A DNA stretch of 64,000 nucleotides from Octopus sinensis (lineage: Eukaryota). The translations under genes and the position numbers were made by a program. The notes under the pieces were generated by a model. That model was not told the origin of the DNA. It ran no database searches and worked only from the letters and a program-made list of their open reading frames with translations. This document shows positions 38,942-50,925 of the stretch, piece after piece. The stretch's first letter is position 1; each line of letters begins with the position of its first letter. The stretch lies in assembly GCF_006345805.1 (NCBI RefSeq), contig NC_043000.1:124434001-124498000 (forward strand), read 5' to 3'.

Positions 38942-39252
38942 ATATAAATGAAGTGAACTAGTGATTGGTTCATTGGGAGCTGCAATAAAAAATAGGGTTG
39001 TTCACAAAATGTGATATTTAAACAAAACAAAAGTAAGCAACAGAGAAGATAAATAACTGCAATAGTCAAGTGAATGATAGTAATTTGATATGCTAGATAA
39101 GTTTTGAATTTCATTAGAGTAGACAGATTGGGAGATACAGTGGTAAAAGGCTAGAGTTATGAAAATCTAAATAGTCCATTTTCTCCTGTGAAAATAGGAC
39201 ACCAAAGGAAAGACCAGAAAGATAGATTGATATTATAAATTCCTATTTGTAG

Positions 39253-39355
39253 AGCATTCCACACACCTGGACACTCTGAAGACCATATAATACTTGAACT
39301 GAAAGAAGACGGAGTAGTTTTTTCAGGAGATAATGTCCTTGGTGAAGGAACTACA
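39253..39355 (+). CDS. LACTB2: Beta-lactamase-like protein 2 exon: AFHTPGHSEDHIILELKEDGVVFSGDNVLGEGTT
   Basis: gtag/gtaagt; matches LACTB2 TPGHTDDH...FSGDCILGEGTT metal-ligand motifs. Confidence 0.95.
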
Positions 39356-41469
39356 GTAAGTAATAAATATATTATCATTTCTCTGACCTTTACATCCAAA
39401 AATCTAAGACTAGCTTCATTGGCATTGTTCTTCTAGTTGTCATAGTCTTCACTGCTGTTTCCATCATCGTCATTTTAATGTTCATTGTTCCATGCTTGCA
39501 CGGGTCAGACAGAATTCGCTGAGGCAAATTGTTCTGCAGTTAGATGAACTTCCTGTCACACAATCCTCAATGTTTCTGCTTGTCTAGATATGTTTTCATG
39601 GATGACTGGATATGAATGACATTGCTTGTATGACACTGACACTTATTTACAACTATAATGCAATGTCAAGACAGAGCAAGACACTTAAACTCACGCACGC
39701 ATGCACGCACGCACGCACGCATACATGTTGCACATATAACAAGCTTCTTTTAATTTCTGTCAACTAAATTTATAATAATAATAATAATAATCCTTTCTAT
39801 TATAGGCACAAGCTGAAATTTTAGGAGACGGAACTAGTTGATTGCATTGATCCCAGAATTGCACTGGTACTTAATTTATTGACCCCCAAAAGGATGAAAG
39901 GCAAAGTCAACCTTGGTAGAATTTGGAAGGGCATCCAGCTGTAGAAACTCTGCCAGATCAAGATTGGAGCCTGGTGCAGCCATCTGGTTCACCAGTCCTC
40001 AGTCAAATTGTCCAAACCATGCTAGCATGGAAAGTGGATGTTGATGATGAATGTAGTGAGGGGCAAAATACTGCTAGGCATTTCGTCCAGCATGCTAATG
40101 ACCTTGCCAGCTTGCTGCCTTAATCATATTAATAATAACGAGTGCTCAGAGAGCGCAAACCTCTGCCAAGGTAGCACCCATGTCTCTCAATGATTAGCCA
40201 GACATGTTTTTTTAAAATGAGAATATCTGAAATAAACTCGACTGCTCTCATAAACGAGAATATTAAAAATGAACCCGATCGCTCTCAAACAGAAAAATAA
40301 TCCAAATATATATCTATTGTATGAGAGGTGAATGGAGAGGAGATGAAATACTAATACAGTGAAGGAGAAGTAGTGAGAGTAATAGCCATGACAGAGAGGG
40401 AGTGAGAGAAAGTAATGACAATGGGAAAGATGAAATGAAGTGGCAGAGAGACATTGTAAGTATGAGAAAGGAAGGGGTGATAGATGAATAATGATGGAAG
40501 GAGTGAAAAAGCTGATAAATGGCATTTGAAGTGTGAGTATATGTGTGTGTAAAAGAGAGGTATGTTTGCATGTGTGTGTGTGTGTGTACAATGGAAATGG
40601 GATAGTAATGTTCAACACTGAAAATGTGTGAGTATATGTGTGTATGTGTGTGCATGTACAAGAGAACTACGTGAAACTTTACATATATAGGTGCAGGAGT
40701 GGGTGTGTGGTAAGTACCTTGCTTACCAACCACATGGTTCCAGGTTCAGTCCCACTGCGTGGCACCTTGGGCAAATGTCTTCTACTATAGCCTTGGATCG
40801 ACCAAAGTCTTGCAAGTGGATTTGGTAGGTGGAAACTGAAAGAAGCCCATTTTATATATATATATATATACATACATGTGTGTGTGTATAAGTTTGTATG
40901 TCTGTGTTTGTCCCTCCCCCCATTGCTTGACAACCGCTGTTGGTGTGTTTACATCCCTGTAAATTAGTGGTTCAGCAAAAGAGATTGATAGAATAAGTAC
41001 TAGGCTTACAAAGAATATGTCCTGCGTTCGATTTGTTCAACTAAAGGTGGTGCTCCAGCATGGCCGCATTCAAATGACTGAAACAAAGAAAAGAATAAAA
41101 GAAAAGTAAAGAAAATATAAAAAATAATCCAGAATCCTTGTCCGGTACCAGATCGATCCCAAAATCTAATGCGACTGTGTCAGTCACAAGGCCAAACATT
41201 CCTGAAAGTTTCATCCGAATCCATCCAGCAGTTTTTGAGATATCTTGTCCATGGACAAACAAGCACAACTGAAAACAATACCTCCACCTTCGTTTAGGCA
41301 AGTTAATAATGAAATTATTGAATATAGTGCTCAAGTGCACTACAACTTATCAGAAAAAGTAGCCAAAAGTGCATGAACAGAACATAGAATAATGTGCAGT
41401 GTGCAAACAGAGAATGAGTCATTAAAAAAAAAAAGGAAGGGGTGTACTGTTGGTGAATTCTGAGAAGCA

Positions 41470-42031
41470 TGGAAATTTTGAAGAATGTAGTGTTCTGACA
41501 GCTACCTACTGATGTGGGTGCTCACAAGGTTTTGTTGGCTTGTTTAAGAAAATGCGGTTTGCTAGAAAAACTTTTTCTCACCAGTACGTTGTAATTATTG
41601 ATGTCTGGCAGCTGACTTGGCAGACACCCATAAAATTATTAACCATCTTAGAAACAATAACTCTGAGCACCTTTTCAAACTCCACCTGTCTAACACCTGT
41701 GGACATGTTTACAAAGTTAGAAAACAGCACAGTTCCCATGACTTTCGGAAACATTTTTTCACACTAAGAGTTGCTGAAGCATGGAACAAACTGCCAGCAT
41801 CAGTTGTTAGTTGTTGGAGCACTGCATCCTTCAAAACTTCCATGCTTCCTGAGATTTGCCAACACTACACCTGATTTTCTCCCCTCCATACACACACAAG
41901 CATGTATTGGACTCATACACTGTTCACTTCCCAGACATTTGTACATTACTGCATATGCTTTATGCGCACTTTCGACAAGTTGTGGTGCATCTGAGGTCTG
42001 TATACAATAATTTCATTATTATTATTATTAT
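41470..42031 (+). mobile_element. CR1/L2-group LINE 3' fragment with (TTA)n tail
   Basis: GHVYKV...RKHFFTLRVAEAWNKLP...SFK C-terminal motif. Confidence 0.8.
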
Positions 42032-43609
42032 TGAACCAGTATTAACTTATTTCTTCTCTCTCTCTCCCCTATCACTACTATTCCAAACTTGCCAGACTAA
42101 TACTTAGCTTTTTAAGATATCATTGAATATCAGTGTGCTGATTGATATTTTAGTACATTTACTTCTACTCCTCTTGTACCTTGAGGGTCTACCCAAACAT
42201 CTCATTTCCATTATTTTTATCTCTTCCTAGTTCCATCCTGATTGCCTCCACCCTCTCTTCTAAAATGCGAGCAACCATGCAGCCCTTTGACAACGAGCAA
42301 CCTTTTTCTGCTGTAGCCCTTGTAGTATGGGGAACAGTAGTATGTGGTACAAAGTTTGATTCACTTAACTCTCAGTGTTGACTGTCAACACTTGGGTTAA
42401 ATCCAAGATGTGCCCTACCTGTCTGACCTATTGCTAGAACCTACAGCTAATTCCCTTTCTAGCTTGCACGTCTACACATGTCCATCCACTCCTGCTACCC
42501 GAGGCCAAAAAGGCCCACACTGGTCCTACTTCCACCCACTTCCTCATTCACTCTTCCTCTTCTGGTAAGACTCCTCGGCCATTGATGTCACTAACCCCTT
42601 TCCTTCCAGTTCACCTCATCCCCGCTGCCCTTTCCTTCATACTTTAAATCCTTATCTCCCAGTATAAAGCCACCTCCCTCAGGGATTGTAGTCTTACAAG
42701 CTGAATGATGACCTTATTAGTGCTGGTGGCCCCCAAAATAGCACCCAGTACATGCTTTAAAGTGGTTGGCCTTAAGAAGGGCAAGCAGCTATGGAAACTA
42801 TGTCAAAATAGACAATGGAATATGATGTAATTCTTGGATCTTGTAAAACCATACAACCCATGCCAACATGGGACATGGATGTTAAATGATGATGATGATG
42901 ATGATATTGTAAATTTCTACTTAGAGATGGATGACTTGTATTACCTTATTGCAAAAGAAAATTTTAAAATCCAAAGATGTTAAAATGAAACCTGACTGCT
43001 AGAAATAGTAGCTAAATCTTTTTCTGACACTCTACCTTCATAATAAAAGAAAGATACACTGAGCAATATAGTTCCCGAAATGTAAAATGACTGGATAGTC
43101 ATGGCTGAAACATCTATGATCATATAACTACTTCATTATGAATGGCCTGGAGATAAACAAACCCACCAACAGTTTTTAGAAAAATGACCAGTTTTTTTAA
43201 AAGGCATTTAACAATTATTTGGCATTAAAATTGATTGTAACTGTTGTCAGAGGCCATTTAGCTTAATGGTTAGAGCACTCGAACAATATCTGAGGGTCAT
43301 GGGGTTTGACTCCCTGTAGACGCCTGCTGGCAACTTTTTTCCACTTTCTAAGAGTAAATACTCAATCTTTCTCTGCTGTTTTCACAGTTATACTGCATTT
43401 GAAATCTATTTTCTTGTCTGTCAAATATTAACAATATTCGTTTCATGTGTTTCATACCTGTACACACTTACATACTAACACGCTCTCTCACTCATTATCT
43501 CTCTCTTTTAGTTATCAAGAAATACCACATTTGATTATACCATCTGCTGTTCCACCTATATTATCAGCAGACATCTCTGTTCTCCATAAACTGTTATCAT
43601 CATACAGCA

Positions 43610-44112
43610 ATAATAAATCTCTGAGTGAGACGTAAACAGTAACAGCATGGAATCGTGTAGTATATATGCCTCCTAAATGTGGCTGACCCATAGGGGACGA
43701 TGCTGTCTGTGTCCGATCAGTATTTGCAAAGGGAAATCATTGTTCCCATTTCTAGCCTTACCCGATATACATGGACCTCTGTTTCTGGATAGAAGCCCGT
43801 CATCAGCATGTAATAATCATCAGCTAGTGATGAGAACTCATTCCAAATGCAAAATTCTATATGCTTTTTCCAGTGACAAACTGTTGCTGATCTTGAAAAA
43901 GGAGAAACAAGCAATAATAAATCTCTGAGCGAGACATAAACAGTAGCAGCATGGAATCATGAAGTATATTTGCCACCTAAATGTGGCGGATCCATAGGGG
44001 ACGATGCTACTGTTGTTTATAGCCCCAGGAAGAAATCTCCTCCAGATGGCTAATGACATACTGTCTGTGTCCAATTAGTATTTGTGAAGGGAAATCATGA
44101 TTCCCATCTCTA
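43610..44112. repeat. Diverged direct duplication (period ~300 bp)
   Basis: aataataaatctctgag...ccataggggacgatgct at about 43610 and 43913. Confidence 0.85.
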
Positions 44113-44595
44113 CTGAACAAGTATGTTTATGTAAAAAGATTAAAGAGGAAATTAAGATGAATTTTCATGTCATACACGACCTATGATAAGGTGGTTTGGA
44201 TTTAGTGATATGGCTGTGTGGTTAAGAAGCTTGCTTTGCAACCGTGTGGTTTCGGGTTCAGTCCCACTGCATGACATCTTAAGGAAATGTTCTTTACTTT
44301 AGCCCCAGGCCAACCAATGCCCTGTGAATGGATTTGGTAGATGGTAACTGCATGGCAGCCCATCATGTGTGTGTGTGTGTTGTCTGTGTTTGTTCTCCTT
44401 CCCCACCTCTTGACAACTGGTGTTGTTTTTTTTGTTTACATCCCTGTAACTTAGTAGTTCAGCAAGAAAGACCAATACAGTAAGTACCAACCTAAAAAAA
44501 AAAAGGTATTTAGGCTGATTGATTGTCCAATGACTGAGACAAGTAAAATAGAAAAGCCAAAGATTCATCACAAGCACATTTCTCATATATTTCAG

Positions 44596-44820
44596 GTTAT
44601 GGAAGATCTATATCATTTCATGAAATCACTGCAGGTTATCCTTGATTTAAAGCCGTCTCTTATTTATCCTGGTCATGGTCCAGTGATCTGCGACCCAATA
44701 CCATTTGTAGAAAATTATATTCAACACAGACATAAGAGAGAATCTCAAATATTAAACCAGTTGAAAGAAAACCGAGGAAATATGTTGACAGTTGAAGAAA
44801 TTAGAGAGAAAGTGTATAAG
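44596..44820 (+). CDS. LACTB2: LACTB2 exon: VMEDLYHFMKSLQVILDLKPSLIYPGHGPVICDP...HRHKRESQIL...KVYK
   Basis: ttcag/gtaaga; 225 bp, phase 0-0; IYPGHGPV and HR-x-x-RE-x-QIL motifs. Confidence 0.96.
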
Positions 44821-46320
44821 GTAAGAAATGATTCTGTCTTTCTACTATAGAAGCAGGGCCTAAAATGTTGGGGAAAGAGGCTAGCCGATTACACTGATAC
44901 CAGTGTTCAACTGGTAATTATTCTGTTGACCCTGAAAGGATGAAAGTCAACCTTAGCAAGAAAGGATTATTAGGCCATGTTTGTGTTTGGAAGATGAATT
45001 AATATTGTTATGAATGAAAAAAATTATATTCAGATAATTTCTCATTTGTATGATGTGAATTAGAATACCAATCTCTGGTTTTGCAAGCAAAGACAAAAAA
45101 AAGTAATTCTTTGTGGTCACGTGACTGTTTAAATCTTGGGGGTATGATTTTGGCGTGTTTTTATGTTATGGGTGATGTAGAAAGACTGCTATTGCCCACG
45201 TGGCAAGTGAGTTCATGCTGGAAGATGGTGTGCAATGGGTGATGTAATGAAAGTCAACATGAGTGTTTTTTTATATAGTAGCTGGTGCTATGCGGTCGAT
45301 GTGAGATGGTGCCAGGCAGAAGTCATGTGGAACAGTTGACATAGTATTTAGCGTTGAGTACGAAGTTAGTTTCTGCGGTTAATGTGAATGGTGGAAGGTT
45401 TTGAACTGGCTGCGAAAATAGTGAACTTGGCAATGTAAAGAAGGCGGAATAATACTGTAAATTTGGAAGTAACACGAGTCCAGTCGAAAAAATAGAGATA
45501 AATATATAGATAGAAAATGAATCATTAGACTGATGAATAAAAGAAGAGCTCACCAAAGAAGTCTACACATTTTAGAGGTAAATGAAAGAACTCTCTAAAA
45601 ACTCTCTAAAGATCTGTTTATTTATTCTATAAATGTTACTGGCCTCTTAATTTAAGTTCTTGTATTTTGGTTATATTCAATGGTTTTGTTTGTTATTTTC
45701 AACTTTTCTGACTTCTTTGACTACTGCTTCTTCCACTCTAAGCAAGTTGGTTTGCTGAGCTTGCATACATGCTTCTGAGCTTTCGGACACAGACTGTTGT
45801 GTTGTAGGTGATTTTTGGAGGCTGTGTGCGGCATAACAATATGAAGTTTTAATGGAAGGTTTTAACTTAGACCACTTCAAAACATTTGTACCAATCTTAC
45901 AATATTTTAACTTTAAGTCTGGAATTAGGACCTTGCACTGCTATGAAGACATGTGTTATTGTTGTGAAAAAATCACTAATGTACATTTGGGCTGCTTTCT
46001 AGATACAGCTGTTACAATACCTTTTAAAAATATAGTTTTACAAATAATATATATAATATAAATATATATAATATAAAGTATGGGTAGTGTTGAAGTAAGA
46101 AACAATAAACCTTTTAAATACAGAAGAATCAACAACTTTTATTTATTTGTGAAACAACTAATTAACAATCAACCTGTTGCTTGGGTATATAATTGTTGTT
46201 GTTGGCTGCTGTCATGGCTGGTTGGGTTGATGAATAAAAATATGTTTCCTGGGCTGTGTGTAGAAGTAATTGAACAACACTTGTGAACATTTAACAGAAG
46301 ACTTTATTATTATACACTAA

Positions 46321-46800
46321 CCCTTTCGTTACTATATTTCTGACCAAATTACACCCCTTATGTGTTTCAATTAATTTCTAACGTAATCATAAATTTAGTC
46401 TGGTTTCATTAAACAACTATAACTTTTTTATTTATCGATATATTAATCTGATTTTTGGAAGATAATTTAATGAAATATTCTCAACCAATTCTATACTATA
46501 ATTTTTGTCACAAAGTGACTCTATTTGCAGGTAGATACAGGTAAATTCCACAAAATTCGTATCCATTTTTTGTCAGAATTACAAATTTTGAAAACACAAT
46601 AGGAACAAATGTCGGAAAAAAATCTCCCAAAATTCACGGAATTAAAATTACACTTCGGTTATTGTACAAAACTGTAGTTGAACTGTTTACAAAGTATAAT
46701 AGTGTTTTCACGAATGTACTGAAGAGATTTGCTCTGATATTCTCATTTAAATATGAATAGGTAAATTCGGGCGGCTTTGGGCGGTTTGGTAACGAAAGGG
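46321..46800 (-). mobile_element. 480-bp internally deleted MITE of the same piggyBac family, flanked by CTAA
   Basis: same TIRs and both arms collinear with the 5695-6770 copy. Confidence 0.93.
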
Positions 46801-47486
46801 CTAAGGCAAGACTGCATCCAAAGATTCTGTTTTGAATCCTGCTACAAACTCGTGCCAACATGGGAAATGGATGTTAAATAATGATGATGATGGCTTAGCT
46901 CTTTGTCGGTCACAATGATGAGGGTTCCAGTTGATTTAATTGATCAAACATTCTCCTCATGAAATTAACTTGCAAGTGGCTAGGCACTCCACAAACACAT
47001 GTATCCCTAACATAGTTCTCAAGGAGATTCAACACGACACAGAGTGTGACAAGGTTAACCCTTTGAATTACAGGTACAACTAATTTTTGTCAGCTAAATA
47101 GACCAGAGCAATGAGAAATAAAGTGTCTTGCTCAAGGACACAACACCTCACTGAGAATTGAACTCACAACCACACAGGAGGCATATACCCTAACCACTAA
47201 ACCATGCTCCTCCTTGAGGATGATGATGATGATGACAATAATTACACTTCCTTTTCTGGTCCTTTGTAATTAGATATGAATTATGCCCCTTGTACTATTA
47301 ATAGCTTGGGATACTTCAGTTTATTTTTGGACTCACGTCTTACTGTGAATATTTGTGATTGAGTATCTGGCTTAACGACTTTAAACTCACAATGTTTTTA
47401 ATGATAGTTATAGTATCATATTATTTATTAGACTTTTTAAAATATAACCTTGGAAGTTTTACTTTAACTAATTTCTCTAATTTCAG

Positions 47487-47568
47487 GATCTTGCAGCCTC
47501 TCTGCATACGCCTGCTGAGATGAACATAAACTTACACCTTGGAAAACTTTTGAAAGAAAACAAAATTG
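47487..47568 (+). CDS. LACTB2: LACTB2 exon: DLAASLHTPAEMNINLHLGKLLKENKI
   Basis: ttcag/gtaagt; phase 0-1; resembles NLLLHLKKLEKEGKI. Confidence 0.92.
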
Positions 47569-47883
47569 GTAAGTAAAGATATATATATTTTTTATTCTTT
47601 AAGGATTAGCATTACATGATACGATGAAAAGACAAACATATATCATCATCATCATCATAATGACCTTTTTTCCCCCCCTGTGCTTGCGTGGGTAAAACAG
47701 TGTATCAAGGCAGATTTTCTACAGCTGGCATAGGTTGGACAGGTCTTCATCAGTGCAACCATGTGGCTTTGGGTTCAGTCCTACAGGATATTGCCTTGGG
47801 CAAGTGTCTCATACTAAAACCATTGACCAAAAAAAACCTTGTGAGTGAATTTTTTTGACAGAAACTGTGTAGAAGTCAGTCGT

Positions 47884-47915
<32 letters not shown>

Positions 47916-48602
47916 GTAATGACAAAGGTCACCAGATGCAGTATAAAACCAAAAGGAAAAATTCATTTGTCATTAATAGTGACTAAGGGTTTAGGTAGCA
48001 CCTACATTGTTAGAAACAAGAGTCAATGACCCTTATAACCACAAAAAGCACATTGTCATGTACTGACAGGGGAGATAACTGCCCCACAGCAAGCCAGGCC
48101 ACTGTACTAGCAAGCTAGTATTGCTTGGAATTAAAGCTCATCAGCAGTGGTCATTCTGTCACTGATGTGTGTGTGTGTGTTGTGTGGTCAGGTACGGGGG
48201 AATGTGGCATTGTAGCATGCTGCTGCATTTACCACTTGGAATATTTCCGGGTTCTGGATGACCTGTTGTGCAGGGTCTCAGTCAGTTCCCATCTCTGTGA
48301 CCATGTATCTGCTGTGACCATGTGGTATGTGGTTGACCAACATGAGCCATCAACCCAGCTGGATCTTCAATGAAGGAGACACGGTAAGCAGGGTTTAATT
48401 CAGACTGGAGCCTGGCGCAGCCTCCTGGCTTCCCAGACCCTGATTGAACCGTCCAATCCATGCTAGCATGGAAAACGGACGTTAAATGATGATGACATAA
48501 ATAAATAAAAAAAATAATGCAGAAATTATTAGTAAAAATAGTGGCATCATTGTATTTTCCCTGTATTGCACCTTAAACATGGCTGTTGGTATGGCTAAGT
48601 GG

Positions 48603-48945
48603 TTAAGCTTCTGCTACTTAGGTGACCAAGTATGTAGTGGGGGTGGATGCTCGGAGAACACTGCCACTAGAATAAGAATAGCCTGGGCAAAATTCAGAAA
48701 CCTCCTACCTCTACTGGTGACAAAGGGCTTCTCACTCAAAGTGAAAGGTAAATTGTACGATGCATATGTGTGAACTGTCATGCTACACGGCAGTGAAACA
48801 TGGGCCATGACTGCTGGAGACATGCGTTGGCTTGAAAGAAATGAATCAAGTATGATCCAATGGATGTGTAATGTCAGTGTGCACACACTACAGAGTGTAA
48901 GTGCCCTGACAAAAATGTTGGACATAAAAAGCATGCTCAATCTCT
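48603..48945 (+). mobile_element. Degenerate RTE RT C-terminal fragment in a LACTB2 intron
   Basis: FCYLGDQV...RIRIAWAKF...LHGSETW, collinear with 55370-55690. Confidence 0.9.
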
Positions 48946-49663
48946 GTGAGATCTACATTAAGGGTATGTGTGAATGTGGAGTGCTCAGCCATTTGCATGT
49001 TAATTTCATGAGCAGGCTGTTCCATGAATTGGATCAACTAGAACCTTCATTGTCATAACTGATAGAATGCCAAGAGGGTTCAAGAAAGGAAAAAAATAAA
49101 AAAATCCCAACCTAATAGCCCAAATTTCTTCTGCTAAAAGAGCATTCAAATAGAATTAAATAGAGAATAGTGAAACATATATGTTCTGATATTATAAAAA
49201 TTATTTCTGATGCCAGAAATGCTGGTGGCATGTAAAAAGCACCAACCGATCGTGGCCGTTGCCAGCCTACCCTGGCACATGTGCTGGTGGCACGTAAAAA
49301 ACACCATCCGTACATGGCCGATGCCAGCACCGCCTTGACTAACTTCCGTGCTGGTGGCACATAAAAAGCACCAACCGATCGTGGCCATTGCCAGCCTCCC
49401 CTGACACTTGTGCCGGTGACACGTAAAAAGCACCCACTACACTCACGGAGTGGTTGGCGTTAGGAAGGGCATCCAGCTGTAGAAACACTGCCAGATCAGA
49501 CTGGAGCCCGGTGCAGCCTCCTGGCTTCCCAGACCCTGGTCGAACCGTCCAACCCATGCTAGCATGGAAAACGGACGTTAAACGATGATGATGATGTTTA
49601 AATCATGTATTTCATTCAGTTAGAAAATGGTAATAGTTGTGTTTCTCTTTTATTTCTTTGCAG

Positions 49664-49728
49664 ATTCTGTTGATGATGGTAATGTGAAAAAGTGGAAAGT
49701 GTCTGAAGAAATGAAGCCTAATTTGTAA
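49664..49728 (+). CDS. LACTB2: LACTB2 last coding exon: DSVDDGNVKKWKVSEEMKPNL-stop
   Basis: polypyrimidine tract plus cag acceptor; correct phase; KKWK as at the LACTB2 C-terminus; TAA at 49726-49728. Confidence 0.88.
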
Positions 49729-50185
49729 TATGAATACATACATCAGCAAAAATGAGTTCGATCATTTCTTCTGTGTGTGTCTGTTTGTCTGTCTCGCGTA
49801 TACATGAATGCACTTGCGTGAGAATTGTCTCCCTTTGAATCGTATTTATCGTTCTGAGATGACGAACCTGTAAATTAACAATAACTATTTTATCTGTTGA
49901 GTTCTGTTGTAGAATGTTTCATTGTCAATGCGAAAGATGGTATCATTCGTATGCCAAAACAAGGCGAAACGAGTTGTAACCAGTAATGTATAACAACATC
50001 AGATGATATAGTTTTATACTTTCGTATTAACATTTCTCGAATTTGTTATAAGAAATTCAAGTCCAGTTTAGTTCTTTATGAAATAAGAAGCTTGTGTTAG
50101 TCTGCTGTTAAGAAGCCAATTTGCTATATGAAATTCTATTTTGATATACATGTTACTTATATACACATGTACTTTGTTTTGCATA

Positions 50186-50191
50186 AATAAA
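50186..50191 (+). promoter_or_regulatory. Probable LACTB2 poly(A) signal AATAAA
   Basis: AATAAA about 460 nt after the stop, preceded by TGTA and T-rich elements. Confidence 0.5.
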
Positions 50192-50248
50192 AGAAATCAA
50201 ATCAATTTCAGGCATCTGCTTTTCTATCCAAATATTCCACTTTTATAC

Positions 50249-50438
50249 GGCGATCCTTCGGTATAGGTACCTTAAGTACCGGAAGTGGCTTTGCTTACAT
50301 TTCTGAAGATAACAGAAACACTTTTCTCCCGCCCATAACCCTAACACAAACCCTAACCCTAACCCCCCATATACATAAAAAAAAACCACTTTCTTGAAAT
50401 GTATCCGGTACTTCCGGTACCTATACCGAAGTTACGCC
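50249..50438. mobile_element. 190-bp MITE with ~35-bp TIRs, 9-bp TSD and internal (CCCTAA)-like repeats
   Basis: CTTTTATAC at 50240-50248 and 50439-50447; GGCG...CGCC termini; CTTCGGTATAGGTACC inverted repeat. Confidence 0.85.
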
Positions 50439-50925
50439 CTTTTATACTTTAATATTTGTTGTCTATTAAAGGAGCAGGCTGGCAGAATTGTTAACATGCT
50501 GGGCAAAATGCTTAGTGGCACTTCGTCCATCTTTACGTTTGGGGTTCAAATTCTGCTGAGGTCAATCTTTTCAGGATCAATAAAATAAGTACCAGTTGAA
50601 CACTGGGGTTGATGTAATCCACTCAAACCCTCCCCTAAAAAAGTTGGCCTTGTGTCAAAATTTGAAACAAATATTTATTGTCTTCTGAGTTCAAGTTCTG
50701 CTGAGGTTGACTTCGCTTTTCATCCTTTCAGGGTCAATAAAATAAATACCAATTAAGCACTGGGGTTGATTTAATTGAGTTACCCCTCCACTGAACTTGC
50801 TGGCCTTGTGCCAAAATTTGAGATCTATATTTGTTGTCTATTAATTTTTTTACCTTTTGGTACCATATTTGATGGCACATAAGACCTTTCCCCCACCCAA
50901 TGTCTCTGAAACATCAACCTAGGTT

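Noticed and set aside
45525-45560. CTGATGA motif as a possible third hammerhead
   Set aside because: No GAAA core or stems I/III could be built.
49717-49728. LACTB2 C-terminal PNL as a peroxisomal PTS1
   Set aside because: Does not fit the (S/A/C)(K/R/H)(L/M) consensus well enough to claim.
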